A stretch of 64,000 bases of DNA. Origin: a bacterium. Lineage in GTDB: Bacteria > Bacteroidota > Ignavibacteria > UBA10030. The DNA lies in the NCBI GenBank assembly GCA_043803945.1, contig JAZDJN010000054.1, forward strand, positions 64,001 to 128,000, written 5' to 3'. Positions 1-10,264 of the stretch are shown one piece after another (the first letter of the stretch is position 1; every line of letters starts with the position of its first letter). Below the pieces are notes generated by a model. That model did not search any database. It had not been told where the DNA came from and saw only the letters and a program-made list of their open reading frames with translations. A program made the position numbers and the translations under genes.

Positions 1-1
1 C

Positions 2-793
2 ATCGACATGTGCGGAACTGGCGGGGATGGTGCCGGTACATTTAACGTATCGACTATTGCATCACTTGTTGCTGCTGGAGCAGGTGTCACCATTGCAAAA
101 CATGGCAATAAGGCTGTGTCGAGCACATGTGGGAGCGCAGATATTCTCTCAGCGCTCGGAGTGCGAATTGACCTTTCTCCGTCCCAAGTCGAAGAGTGTG
201 TCAATACCATTGGTTATGGATTTATGCTGGCGCCGCTTTTTCATCCGGCGATGAAACATGTGGCGAAGCTCAGACGCGAATTGGGTGTGCGAACTGTGTT
301 CAACATGCTTGGCCCCATCACCAATCCCGCTGGAGTGCGAAAACAGGTGATCGGCACGTTTTCCAGTTCCGCAGCCAGGACTCTTGCCGGAACGCTGAAC
401 GCACTCGAAGCTCAGCATTCTTTCGTTGTGCATGGCCGTGCAGGTATCGATGAAGTCACCTTGACCGGAGAGACGGAGGTGCACGAAGTGAAGGCGAATT
501 TCCCAATTAGTATAAGGGAGGTCGATGCATCGGCATTTGCGCTGCCGGAATATCCTCTTAGCTCGCTTCGGGGAGATGGTGTCGAAGGGAATCTTCGAAT
601 TGCGATTGATGTATTGGATGGGAAAGAGGGAGCTGCGCGCGATGTGGTGATCGCAAATGCCGCGTTGGGCATTCAAGTCTCCGGTAAGGGTAGAAATCTC
701 ACTGAGGCTGTTTCCATGGCCCGGGAGTCTCTAGATTCGGGAAGTGCAAGAGAAGTTCTCAACCAACTCATTTCCTTTTCGAATGCGCGATGA
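2..793 (+). CDS. trpD: Anthranilate phosphoribosyltransferase (5'-truncated by window edge)
   Basis: Frame open from base 2 (IDMCGTGGDG); motifs CGTGGDG, FNVST, KHGNKAVSS, GSAD, RTVFN, DE; first gene of the trp run. Confidence 0.96.
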   Translation: MDMCGTGGDGAGTFNVSTIASLVAAGAGVTIAKHGNKAVSSTCGSADILSALGVRIDLSPSQVEECVNTIGYGFMLAPLFHPAMKHVAKLRRELGVRTVFNMLGPITNPAGVRKQVIGTFSSSAARTLAGTLNALEAQHSFVVHGRAGIDEVTLTGETEVHEVKANFPISIREVDASAFALPEYPLSSLRGDGVEGNLRIAIDVLDGKEGAARDVVIANAALGIQVSGKGRNLTEAVSMARESLDSGSAREVLNQLISFSNAR

Positions 794-1584
794 CCATCCT
801 TGAAGAAATCGTGAACAACAAGCGTTTGGAGGTTGCCGCGCGTAAACAGCAGGTGAGTCTTCACCAGTTGAGAGAGAGCCCTGCTTTCCATCGTCAACCA
901 TATTCACTTTACAATGCTCTGCGATCGAAAAATCCTGCCGTGATCGCTGAAATAAAAAAAGCTTCTCCTTCGCGCGGCGTACTGCGAGAGGTGATGAATG
1001 TACAGGAAATCGCAATTGGTTACGCTGAATATGGTGCTGCTGCAATTTCGGTTCTGACCGACCAGAAGTACTTTCAGGGGAGTTACGAAAATCTCCGTCT
1101 GGCGAGGAGCTGTGTGGAACTGCCAATCCTTGCAAAGGAATTTATCGTCGATCCGTTCCAATTGTTTGAAGCAAAGTCCTCGGGCGCTGATGCCATTCTC
1201 CTCATTGCTTCGATTCTCTCCAATACTCAGTTACAGGAGTTGCATCACGAAGCCATTTTTTTAGGCATGGAAGTGCTTGTCGAGATCCATACGCCGGAGG
1301 AATTGTCGCGTCTTGATTTACGGCAGGTGCGAATGGTAGGCATTAATAATCGCGATCTGAAAACATTTGCCGTAAGGCTCGACACAGTCATTGCCCTGGC
1401 GGCCGCCGTGCCTTCTGATGTGATTGTCGTGAGTGAAAGCGGAATTCTCAATGAGGCAGATGGGATCTCTTTAATGAAGAATGGGATTCACGCAATGCTG
1501 ATTGGTGAATATTTTATGCGCTCCGAACATCCAGGGCGCGCATTGGAGAATTTCCTGACCGCCCTGCAACGGGGTGGTGCATGA
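790..1584 (+). CDS. trpC: Indole-3-glycerol phosphate synthase
   Basis: IAEIKKASPSRG, ISVLTD.KYF.G, LVEIH, GINNRDL, VSESGI motifs; ATGA overlap with trpD. Confidence 0.96.
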   Translation: MTILEEIVNNKRLEVAARKQQVSLHQLRESPAFHRQPYSLYNALRSKNPAVIAEIKKASPSRGVLREVMNVQEIAIGYAEYGAAAISVLTDQKYFQGSYENLRLARSCVELPILAKEFIVDPFQLFEAKSSGADAILLIASILSNTQLQELHHEAIFLGMEVLVEIHTPEELSRLDLRQVRMVGINNRDLKTFAVRLDTVIALAAAVPSDVIVVSESGILNEADGISLMKNGIHAMLIGEYFMRSEHPGRALENFLTALQRGGA

Positions 1585-2273
1585 AAATAAAAGTCTGCGG
1601 AATCACCAGCCTCGATGATGCTCATCTGGCTATTCAGGAGGGGGCGTTTGCTCTTGGTTTTATTTTTGTCTCCGATAGCCCGCGATGCATCCGTGTGGAA
1701 GAAGCCAGAAAGATCATTGCCCGGCTTCCGCTCAATATCATGAAGGTGGGGGTCTTCGTAAACGAACGCACCAGTGTGGTAAATAAAATAATTCAACAAA
1801 CGGGCATCACGACCATCCAATTGCATGGAGACGAGTCACCAGCGGATATTCAGGACTACACAATCCCTGTGTGGAAAGCATTCCGTGTTTCGAAGGGATT
1901 TGATAGTACTCGTCTCAGTCAATTCCAAGTGTCAGCGTATTTACTTGACACATACCAGGAGGACCGCCATGGAGGGACAGGAGAGACATTTAATTGGAAG
2001 CATGCCGGTGCTGCAAAGCAGTACGGTCCGGTTGTCCTGAGCGGCGGCATAACACCAGAAAATGCCTTGAAGGCCATCGAGTCAGTTCATCCGTATGCAC
2101 TCGATGTGAATAGCGGAGTGGAATCATCTCCTGGGAAAAAAGATCCGGAGAAGTTGAAGAGATTATTTCGAGCGGTTAAGAGTACAATCACAGAAGGATG
2201 GGCGTGGGATGCTGATACTGATGAGTGCAGATGCGACAAAAAATCAGATTCACCTCGTGAAAGAGAAGATTAA
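1581..2273 (+). CDS. trpF: Phosphoribosylanthranilate isomerase
   Basis: [49 protein letters not shown]; the C-terminal tail overlaps the next gene by 65 bp. Confidence 0.95.
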   Translation: MKIKVCGITSLDDAHLAIQEGAFALGFIFVSDSPRCIRVEEARKIIARLPLNIMKVGVFVNERTSVVNKIIQQTGITTIQLHGDESPADIQDYTIPVWKAFRVSKGFDSTRLSQFQVSAYLLDTYQEDRHGGTGETFNWKHAGAAKQYGPVVLSGGITPENALKAIESVHPYALDVNSGVESSPGKKDPEKLKRLFRAVKSTITEGWAWDADTDECRCDKKSDSPRERED

Positions 2274-3225
2274 AGCTATGGGATTTCAGGGACATGAAAT
2301 CCCCGGTGCAACACGGACGGCAATTGGTGTAACGGGTAATAATTCAGGTCTCGATCCTCAGGAATTTACTTATTTGGATGGGGTGGAGGATGCTCTGCAG
2401 GTCACAAAGCCGTATAAGCTGGTCGGAAGGCATGGCCGAAGAGAGGATACAGTCATTTCCATTGGCGATGAGACGATCGGAGGTCGCAAGCTAACCATCA
2501 TTGCGGGACCATGTTCCGTGGAGAGCAAGGAGCACCTTTTTACGGTTGCGAACGCAGTGAAAGCGTCGGGTTCACTCTTCCTTCGCGGAGGGGCGTTTAA
2601 ACCGCGTACCTCACCATATGCATTTCAAGGGATGAAAGAAGAAGGATTGGTACTGCTCCGGGAGGCAAAGAAGGAACTGGGTATGAAGATTGTAACAGAG
2701 GTCAAGGATATCCGTACTCTTTCGGCAGTGAATGATGTTGCCGATATCCTGCAGATTGGAGCGCGTAACATGGCGAACTTTTCTCTTCTTGAAGCTGTCG
2801 GAGAACTTCGTACACCGGTACTCCTGAAACGGGGTATCGCAGCAACAATCGAGGAGTTCCTGATGTCGGCCGAATATATCGCAGTGCGCGGGAATCATAA
2901 TATAATTCTGTGTGAGCGGGGAATACGAACGTTTGAGACGGCAACCCGTAATACTCTTGATCTTAATGCTGTCCCTGTACTGAAAAAATATTCACACCTC
3001 CCGGTTTTGGTGGATCCAAGTCATGGTGTGGGCCACGCTGAGTTCGTTCCGTCAATGGCGCTTGCTGCTATAGCGGCCGGTGCCGATGGATTGATGATAG
3101 AGGTGCATCCCGATCCGGCAACGGCTCAGTCGGATGGAGCTCAATCGTTGACTCCTGCTGTCTTTGACGCACTGATGAAAAAGCTGGAGAACATTGCACA
3201 AGCGGTTGGTCGTTCACTCAATTAA
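2209..3225 (+). CDS. aroF: 3-deoxy-7-phosphoheptulonate (DAHP) synthase, type I-beta with N-terminal ferredoxin-like regulatory domain
   Basis: [53 protein letters not shown]. Confidence 0.95.
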   Translation: MLILMSADATKNQIHLVKEKIKAMGFQGHEIPGATRTAIGVTGNNSGLDPQEFTYLDGVEDALQVTKPYKLVGRHGRREDTVISIGDETIGGRKLTIIAGPCSVESKEHLFTVANAVKASGSLFLRGGAFKPRTSPYAFQGMKEEGLVLLREAKKELGMKIVTEVKDIRTLSAVNDVADILQIGARNMANFSLLEAVGELRTPVLLKRGIAATIEEFLMSAEYIAVRGNHNIILCERGIRTFETATRNTLDLNAVPVLKKYSHLPVLVDPSHGVGHAEFVPSMALAAIAAGADGLMIEVHPDPATAQSDGAQSLTPAVFDALMKKLENIAQAVGRSLN

Positions 3226-3235
3226 CAGTGAGAAA

Positions 3236-4441
3236 ATGAGACAAATAAAATCTTCAACATCGTTCGCGAACTTCCCCGATGCGAGTGGATATTTTGGAAA
3301 CTATGGCGGTCAATTCGTGCCGGAGACACTCGTTGAACCTTTGAGAGAACTGGAGCGAATATACAGGAAGGCTGCCCGTGACAGCGACTTTCAGGCACAG
3401 TATCTCCATCTTCTCCACGAATTTGCCGGAAGGCCTACCGCTCTTACCCTGGCGAGCCGCCTGACAAAGTATTATGGAAGAGGAAGAATCTACCTAAAGC
3501 GCGAAGATCTTTGTCATACCGGTGCTCATAAGATCAATAATGTGATCGGACAGATTCTTCTTGCTCAGCAGAGCGGTAAGAAACGAATTATCGCTGAAAC
3601 CGGAGCCGGCCAGCACGGCGTCGCGACTGCCACAGTCGCCGCCAAATTTGGGCTCCCCTGTATCGTTTATATGGGAGAGGAAGATGTTCACAGGCAAAGC
3701 CTGAATGTTGTCCGCATGAAAATGCTCGGTGCCGAGGTGAGGACTGTCTCGACAGGTAGCAAGACACTAAAAGACGCAACGAGCGAGGCGATTCGTGATT
3801 GGACAACAAACGTTCGGGATACCTTCTATGTGATCGGTTCCGTCGTTGGCCCTCATCCCTATCCACAACTTGTTCGGGATTTTCAATCTGTTATTGGACG
3901 TGAAGCGAAAACACAGATCAAGCAACGGGAGAGGAGATTACCGACGCTCTTGCTTGCGTGTGTAGGCGGAGGGAGTAATGCCATCGGGCTCTTCCATCCC
4001 TTTCTCAATGAGAACATCAAGATGATCGGCGTTGAGGCTGCTGGATTGGGAGTGAGAAGCGAATTTCATGCAGCAACACTTTCCAAAGGAAGACCTGGAG
4101 TGCTGCATGGGTCGTTCAGTTATCTTCTGCAGGATGCACAAGGACAGGTGCAGCTAGCTCATTCCATATCTGCAGGATTGGATTATCCCGGAGTGGGACC
4201 CGAGCATAGTGCTTTACGGGATCTCAAGCGAGTACAGTATGTTGCTGTGACGGATAGACAGGCGTTGCGGGCGGCTCAGCTCATGGCAGAGCTAGAAGGA
4301 ATCATTCCTGCTCTCGAATCAGCTCATGCACTTGCCTACCTCGAAGTGATCATGCCAGCGACCTCCCAATGCGATATTGTACTTGTCAATCTCTCTGGCA
4401 GGGGGGACAAAGACATGCAGACGTATGTCAAGGAATTTTAA
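3236..4441 (+). CDS. trpB: Tryptophan synthase beta chain
   Basis: [29 protein letters not shown] (PLP lysine), [16 protein letters not shown]; start moved to ATG 3236 after the aroF stop. Confidence 0.97.
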   Translation: MRQIKSSTSFANFPDASGYFGNYGGQFVPETLVEPLRELERIYRKAARDSDFQAQYLHLLHEFAGRPTALTLASRLTKYYGRGRIYLKREDLCHTGAHKINNVIGQILLAQQSGKKRIIAETGAGQHGVATATVAAKFGLPCIVYMGEEDVHRQSLNVVRMKMLGAEVRTVSTGSKTLKDATSEAIRDWTTNVRDTFYVIGSVVGPHPYPQLVRDFQSVIGREAKTQIKQRERRLPTLLLACVGGGSNAIGLFHPFLNENIKMIGVEAAGLGVRSEFHAATLSKGRPGVLHGSFSYLLQDAQGQVQLAHSISAGLDYPGVGPEHSALRDLKRVQYVAVTDRQALRAAQLMAELEGIIPALESAHALAYLEVIMPATSQCDIVLVNLSGRGDKDMQTYVKEF

Positions 4442-4478
4442 CGATGATTGAATCTAGCGCTAGCATGAAAGATCGACT

Positions 4479-5264
4479 ATGAATAGGATTTCCTCCACTT
4501 TGCACGTGCTCCTTGAGAAGAATGAAAAAGCACTGGTACTCTTTCTCACAATGGGTTTTCCTGAACTACGTTCTGCGCTTCGGTTAATACCGCTCTTTGA
4601 ACAGTGTGGTGCAGATATGATAGAATTGGGTATGCCGTTTTCAGATCCGCTTGCTGATGGGCCCGTTATCCAGAGAAGTTCACAACTGGCATTGAAGAAC
4701 GGAATCACCTTGAAAGAGATTCTCGGCCAACTCTCTGAAATCCGACGAAACACTTCAATCCCCCTTATTCTCATGGGGTACCTCAATCCGATCCTCTCCT
4801 ATTCGACGATTTCGTTTTTCAAGGATGCTGCAACATCTGGCGCCGACGGTATCATCCTTCCTGAACTGCCGCTCGAAGAAGTAAAAAAGATCTCTCATCA
4901 CTATCGAAAGAATGCATTGTCGCAGATACTGCTGGTCAGCCCGACAACTCCCGTCGAACGGATGAAAGAAATTGACCGTGCTTGTTCTGGTTTTCTGTAT
5001 TGTGTTTCTTCAACAGGAGTAACGGGAAACGCCACATCTGAGAGAGTTGAATCCTATCTCAACAGAGTAAAACAGAGTGTTCGGAAAAATCCGGTTCTTG
5101 CAGGTTTTGGAATTGGGACACCGCAGCAAGCCCGAAGATTTTCTCCCTTTGTTGATGGTGTCATTGTCGGTAGTGCACTGATCCGCAAATTGGAGGAGAG
5201 GAGATCGGAGAGGGAAATAGGAAAGTGGATTACAGCGGTGAAACATGCTCTGAACGCTGAATAA
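4479..5264 (+). CDS. trpA: Tryptophan synthase alpha chain
   Basis: IELGMPFSDPLADGPVIQ, LMGYLNP, GVTG, GFGI, DGVIVGSA. Confidence 0.97.
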   Translation: MNRISSTLHVLLEKNEKALVLFLTMGFPELRSALRLIPLFEQCGADMIELGMPFSDPLADGPVIQRSSQLALKNGITLKEILGQLSEIRRNTSIPLILMGYLNPILSYSTISFFKDAATSGADGIILPELPLEEVKKISHHYRKNALSQILLVSPTTPVERMKEIDRACSGFLYCVSSTGVTGNATSERVESYLNRVKQSVRKNPVLAGFGIGTPQQARRFSPFVDGVIVGSALIRKLEERRSEREIGKWITAVKHALNAE

Positions 5265-5287
5265 TTCTGTTCATCTGAGCATCAGGA

Positions 5288-6604
5288 TTACGCTGGAACC
5301 GACTTCAACTCTTTTTGTGTCAATGATCGGACATACTGTTCGAGCTCATCTCGGAAGTTTGGATGGGATATTGCAATGATCTGTTCTGCTCGCTGTCGTA
5401 AATTCTTTCCATGGAGCGAAGCGACTCCGAACTCTGTTACAATATAGTGTACATCAGCGCGGGATGTGACAACACCCGCTCCTGGCTTCAATTGCTTCAC
5501 GATTCGCGAAAGGGTGTCGTTCTTCGTGGTTGCCGGCAACGCGATAATCGGTTTACCGCCTTTGGAATACGAAGCACCGCGGATGAAATCCACCTGCCCG
5601 CCAAATCCACTATAGATCTTCGTGCCGATGGAGTCGGAACAGACCTGACCCGTAACATCCACTTCGATGCAGGAATTAAGCGCCACCATTTTGTCATTCT
5701 GCGATACAATGAACGGATTATTGGTGTAACTGCAAGGATGAATTTCAAAGAGGGGATTGTTATGGACATAGTCGTACAACTTCTGAGAGCCCATAACAAA
5801 CGTGGCGATGACCTTGCCGGGGTGAAGTGATTTCTTCGCGTTTGTAATGACACCTTTGTCAATCGCTTTCACAACGCCATCAGAAACCATTTCCGTATGG
5901 ATACCGATATCCCGTTTTCCTTCAAGCCGTGTGAGTACGGCATCCGGAATACCACCGATACCGAGCTGCATCGTTGCCCCATCTTCAATCAGTGGAGCAA
6001 TGTGGTCGGCGATCTGTTCTTCGATCGCGGTCGATGGACGCTCCTTAAGCTCCAATAAGGGAATAGAGCACTCGACGATTTTGTGAACACGGGAGATATG
6101 AACGAAGACATCACCAAGTGTTCTGGGCATCTTGTCGTTTACCAGGGCAATAACAACTTTCGCTCCTTCGATAGCCGCCTTTGAAGTTGCACATTCAACG
6201 CCGAGGCTCATAAATCCATGGTCATCCGGTGGTGAGACATGCACGATGGCTACATCCAGAGGTATGATCCGGTCGGTGAATAATGCCGGTACTTCCGATA
6301 AGTGAATCGGGACATAATCCGAATTGCCCTCGGCGATCGACTGCCGGTCACCAGGGCCGACAAAGAGAGAGTTGTGACGGAAATGGCCCTCCATCCCGGG
6401 TTTCGAAAGCGGATCATCACCCATCAACAGGAGATGATTCACTTCGACATTCGAGAGTTCATCTTTTCTCTGCGCAAGTGCATAGGTGAGGAGAAGAGGA
6501 GTTGCCGCGTTGCCGCTCAGGAAAATTTTATTCCCCGATTTAATGACGCTGACAGCATCCTCTTTTGTAACTATTTTTGACTTGTATTGTGTAATCCAGG
6601 ACAT
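5288..6604 (-). CDS. Acetyl-CoA hydrolase/transferase family protein (4-hydroxybutyrate CoA-transferase-like)
   Basis: QLGIGGIP, GIHTEM (catalytic Glu), SGFGGQVDFIRGA, VTEFGVA. Confidence 0.9.
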   Translation of the reverse strand: MSWITQYKSKIVTKEDAVSVIKSGNKIFLSGNAATPLLLTYALAQRKDELSNVEVNHLLLMGDDPLSKPGMEGHFRHNSLFVGPGDRQSIAEGNSDYVPIHLSEVPALFTDRIIPLDVAIVHVSPPDDHGFMSLGVECATSKAAIEGAKVVIALVNDKMPRTLGDVFVHISRVHKIVECSIPLLELKERPSTAIEEQIADHIAPLIEDGATMQLGIGGIPDAVLTRLEGKRDIGIHTEMVSDGVVKAIDKGVITNAKKSLHPGKVIATFVMGSQKLYDYVHNNPLFEIHPCSYTNNPFIVSQNDKMVALNSCIEVDVTGQVCSDSIGTKIYSGFGGQVDFIRGASYSKGGKPIIALPATTKNDTLSRIVKQLKPGAGVVTSRADVHYIVTEFGVASLHGKNLRQRAEQIIAISHPNFRDELEQYVRSLTQKELKSVPA

Positions 6605-6610
6605 GGTCGT

Positions 6611-7753
6611 CTATAGGTTTTTAAGTTGATCAGATGAATTGAGGAGCAACTCGAGCGCTCGAGCTTTCACATCGAAGACGCGGGCAACCACCAGATTTGT
6701 ACAATGGCCATTGTACGTGCAGACGCCGCGAGCGAGGCCCGGTATTGACCGTAATGCGCCATCAACATCAAATTCGGCCAACCCGGTCAGAAACGGCAGC
6801 AGAGAGTTTGTCCATGCCACAGTAGCTGTTCGTGCGACCGCAGCAGGCATGTTTGGAACGCAGTAATGCACAACATCGTGTTTGATATAGACAGGATCAT
6901 CGAATGTCGTTGGCCGGCTGGTTTCCACACATCCACCCTGATCGATGGAAACATCGACAATGATCGCACCCGCTTTCATTTGCTTCACCATCGCCTCGGT
7001 GACGATGTGAGGAGTTTTTTCTCCTTTTAACAGGATTGCACCGATCACAGCATCTGCTTCGCGTACAGCGGCTTCAACATTCATTGGATCAGCAAGGGCA
7101 GTTCCAACACGCCATTGGAACACTTCTTCGGCATTGCGTAAGCGAGTGACATCTTTATCGAGCAGCGTGACGCATGATCCCATGCCGAGGGCTACGCGGA
7201 TTGCCGTTTGACCGACAGTACCTGCACCAAGCACAACAACTTTTGCCGGGGGAACACCGGGTAATCCACCCAGGAGCAATCCGCGGCCTCCGAACTTGGC
7301 CTGCAGATAATTTGCCGCTGCAAGAATTGCCAATTGACCGGCAATCTCACTCATAGCCTGCACAATCGGAAGATGGCCATGCTCATTTTCGATGAGTTCA
7401 TGAGCGACGGCTGTAATCTTTTTCTTCAGGAGCGTCTCGAGAGTCTTCCGCTTGCCCAGTGCGAGATGCAAGGCAGAGAAAAATGTTTGTCCATGCTGGA
7501 GGTGATCCAGTTCGGCATCGGTTGGTTGAGAAATTTTCAAAACGACATCGGAGCGGTTAATCACTTCTTCCGGACTGTAGACAATCGTTCCGCCGGCTTT
7601 CCGGTACTCTTCATCTGAAAAATAGCTGAGTGTTCCTGCATCACGCTCTACATAGACTGTATGGCCAAGGGCGATTAAGCTATGGACGCCGGAAGGCGTA
7701 AGTGCGACGCGTCGTTCGAATGTAAAGTTCTCCTTAAGAATTCCAAAGATCAT
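6611..7753 (-). CDS. ald: Alanine dehydrogenase family protein (divergent KISQP motif)
   Basis: RVALTP, LHLA, MSEIAG, GAGTVG Rossmann motif, VDVSIDQGGCVETS, YCVPNMP. Confidence 0.85.
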   Translation of the reverse strand: MIFGILKENFTFERRVALTPSGVHSLIALGHTVYVERDAGTLSYFSDEEYRKAGGTIVYSPEEVINRSDVVLKISQPTDAELDHLQHGQTFFSALHLALGKRKTLETLLKKKITAVAHELIENEHGHLPIVQAMSEIAGQLAILAAANYLQAKFGGRGLLLGGLPGVPPAKVVVLGAGTVGQTAIRVALGMGSCVTLLDKDVTRLRNAEEVFQWRVGTALADPMNVEAAVREADAVIGAILLKGEKTPHIVTEAMVKQMKAGAIIVDVSIDQGGCVETSRPTTFDDPVYIKHDVVHYCVPNMPAAVARTATVAWTNSLLPFLTGLAEFDVDGALRSIPGLARGVCTYNGHCTNLVVARVFDVKARALELLLNSSDQLKNL

Positions 7754-7954
7754 ACTGCCTCCACTCTTCTTTCGAAGATGAATAAAATGTTATCTGCACA
7801 AAAGCCCGAACAAATATAAGAGATTTCTTTCACTCCTGCACACTCTCGTCACTCACTCCTCACGTAAAAAATACTTATTTCTTCCTTGTCTTCTGTTGGA
7901 AAATTCTCCCATATTCTTGCCAGAATGGAATTAGAAGATTTCATCGTCTAGTCA

Positions 7955-10255
7955 ATGCGATCACCGAACAGCAAAAAGGCTCGCCTGATGCGTACCTCGC
8001 CATGCATCATAAAATACCTGATTATTCCGCTTCTCCTTACCCTTTTCTCGAATTCAGCTCAAGCCCAGAATGAAATTCTCACCTTAGTCAAAAATGAGAA
8101 GAGTGCATACCGGATTTCCATTCCGAAAAATGCCATTCCAGTTGAACTGAAGGCGGCCGAGATATTACAGCGCTACCTCAAAGCGATCTCGGGTGTGGTA
8201 CTCGGCATCGGCGAGGTCAAGCAGGCGATGGAGCATCAGATAATCCTTTCGTCGAGGAATGATGCGCCTGAATTGCGGGAGGTTCTCGGGAAGCTGAATC
8301 TTGGGGAGGATGGTTTTCTCCTGAAGACATATGGAAATCGTCTTTACATCATCGGAGGAACTGAAAAAGGAATTCTGTATGGTGTCTATACGTTTCTTGA
8401 AAAGTATCTTGGTTGCCGTAAGTATAGCCCCACTGTAGAGATCGTACCAAAAAAGAAAACAGTACAGGTTGCAGCATTTACCGATATCCAGGTGCCATCG
8501 ATTATATTCCGGGATGTTCATTTTCACGACCCAGAATATATGGAGTGGCACAAGCTCGATTATCATAACGATGTGTTCGGGATGTATGTCCACACGTTCC
8601 AGCGTCTTGTCGCTGCCGAAAAATATTTTAAAGAGCATCCGGAGTATTTCTCAAAGGTTGCCGCCGGAAGAATACCCGATGGCCAGCTCTGCCTGACAAA
8701 CCCAGATGTATTCCAGATTGTGGTCGATGAACTCCGGGCACGCATGAAAGAGCAGCCGGAAAAACGGTACTGGTCGGTATCCCAGAACGATACGTTCAGT
8801 CCATGCGAGTGTGATTCGTGCAAAGCGATCAATGAACGTGAAGGTTCGCCATCGGGTTCGCTGCTTGCATTTGTGAATCGTGTGGCAGATCAGTTTCCGG
8901 ATAATATCATTTCCACACTTGCCTACCAGTACACACGATCAGCTCCCCGATCGATCAAACCGCGTCCGAATGTGAATATCATGTTCTGCAGTATTGAATG
9001 CAACCGAAGCAAAGCGCTGGAAGTGGATCCGGGCAGCGCATCCTTCTGTAAGGATATGGAAGGCTGGACCAGGCTGACCGACAACATCTATCTTTGGGAT
9101 TATGTGGTGCAATTTCGAAATCTCATCAGTCCATTTCCGAATCTGCGCGTGCTCCAACCGAACGTCCAATACTTTGTGAAGAATGGCATTCGCAGCATCT
9201 TTGAACAGGGCTCGGGGGAATTGCTGAGCGAGTTCAAGGAACTTCGCACCTACCTGCTGGCGAAGTTATTATGGAATCCATACTTGAATCTCGATTCACT
9301 CATGAATGATTTTCTCCATGGTTACTATGCCGCTGCCGCTCCATACGTTCGAAAGTATATCGATGCTATGCACGACGCACTGGAAGCCTCGGGTGAAGAT
9401 CTCGTCATCTATGGATATCCGCTTCCATCTAAGAATGGCTATCTCTCTGCTGCCAATATCGACCGGTATATTCAATTCTTTAATCAGGCAGAACGGGCAG
9501 TCAGGAATAATCCGGAACTCCTCAATCGTGTGCAGTGCGCACGCCTGCCGCTCCAATTTGCTCAACTTGAGCAAGCAAAGATTTATGGAACCGGAGCGAG
9601 GGGATTCTTTTTCAAGTCGCCTCAAGGCACTTGGAAGGCAAAACCGGAGATGGAAAAACTTCTCGAAACATTTGTGCAGCGATGTTTGAAAAATGGATAT
9701 ACCGCTGTTGAGGAAATGGGTACTCGTCCGGAAGCATACCTCGCTTCGACCAAGCGGCATCTCAAGTCAAGCATGCAGCATCATCTTGCAATCTTCAAGC
9801 CGGTGCAATTGAAAACTCCGGCCAGCATGAAGTACCACGCTGGAAATCAAACTGCACTGACGAATGGATTGACCGGATGGGAGGATTATCACATGAACTG
9901 GCTCGGGTTTGAAGGTAAAGATATGGAAGCCATCGTTGATCTTGGAAAAGAGGTTTCGCTAAAAAGTATCAACACAAACTTTCTTCAGGATATCAATTCG
10001 TGGATCTTCATGCCGACAGAGGTTGAATTCTCTATCGCAACAGAGGGAAAAGACTTTTCTGTAAAAGCTAGATTGAAGCCGAATACACAGGTAAAACAAT
10101 CAGGCGGAATCATTGAATCCTTTAGTGTGACATTTCAACCTGCGAAATCCCGATTTGTACGTATTAAAGCGACAAGCCTCAAGACCTGTCCGCAATGGCA
10201 TAAAGGTGCGGGAGGGCTTGCGTGGATCTTTGCCGATGAAGTTATTGTGAAGTAA
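7955..10255 (+). CDS. Secreted DUF4838-type putative glycoside hydrolase with C-terminal F5/8-type (galactose-binding-like) domain
   Basis: Signal peptide; GILYGVYTFLE N-domain; YFKEHPEYF, QLCLTNP, CECDSC, TLAYQYT, WDY motifs; C-terminal WIFADEVIV; start may be ATG 7988. Confidence 0.75.
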   Translation: MRSPNSKKARLMRTSPCIIKYLIIPLLLTLFSNSAQAQNEILTLVKNEKSAYRISIPKNAIPVELKAAEILQRYLKAISGVVLGIGEVKQAMEHQIILSSRNDAPELREVLGKLNLGEDGFLLKTYGNRLYIIGGTEKGILYGVYTFLEKYLGCRKYSPTVEIVPKKKTVQVAAFTDIQVPSIIFRDVHFHDPEYMEWHKLDYHNDVFGMYVHTFQRLVAAEKYFKEHPEYFSKVAAGRIPDGQLCLTNPDVFQIVVDELRARMKEQPEKRYWSVSQNDTFSPCECDSCKAINEREGSPSGSLLAFVNRVADQFPDNIISTLAYQYTRSAPRSIKPRPNVNIMFCSIECNRSKALEVDPGSASFCKDMEGWTRLTDNIYLWDYVVQFRNLISPFPNLRVLQPNVQYFVKNGIRSIFEQGSGELLSEFKELRTYLLAKLLWNPYLNLDSLMNDFLHGYYAAAAPYVRKYIDAMHDALEASGEDLVIYGYPLPSKNGYLSAANIDRYIQFFNQAERAVRNNPELLNRVQCARLPLQFAQLEQAKIYGTGARGFFFKSPQGTWKAKPEMEKLLETFVQRCLKNGYTAVEEMGTRPEAYLASTKRHLKSSMQHHLAIFKPVQLKTPASMKYHAGNQTALTNGLTGWEDYHMNWLGFEGKDMEAIVDLGKEVSLKSINTNFLQDINSWIFMPTEVEFSIATEGKDFSVKARLKPNTQVKQSGGIIESFSVTFQPAKSRFVRIKATSLKTCPQWHKGAGGLAWIFADEVIVK

Positions 10256-10264
10256 TAAAAATAA

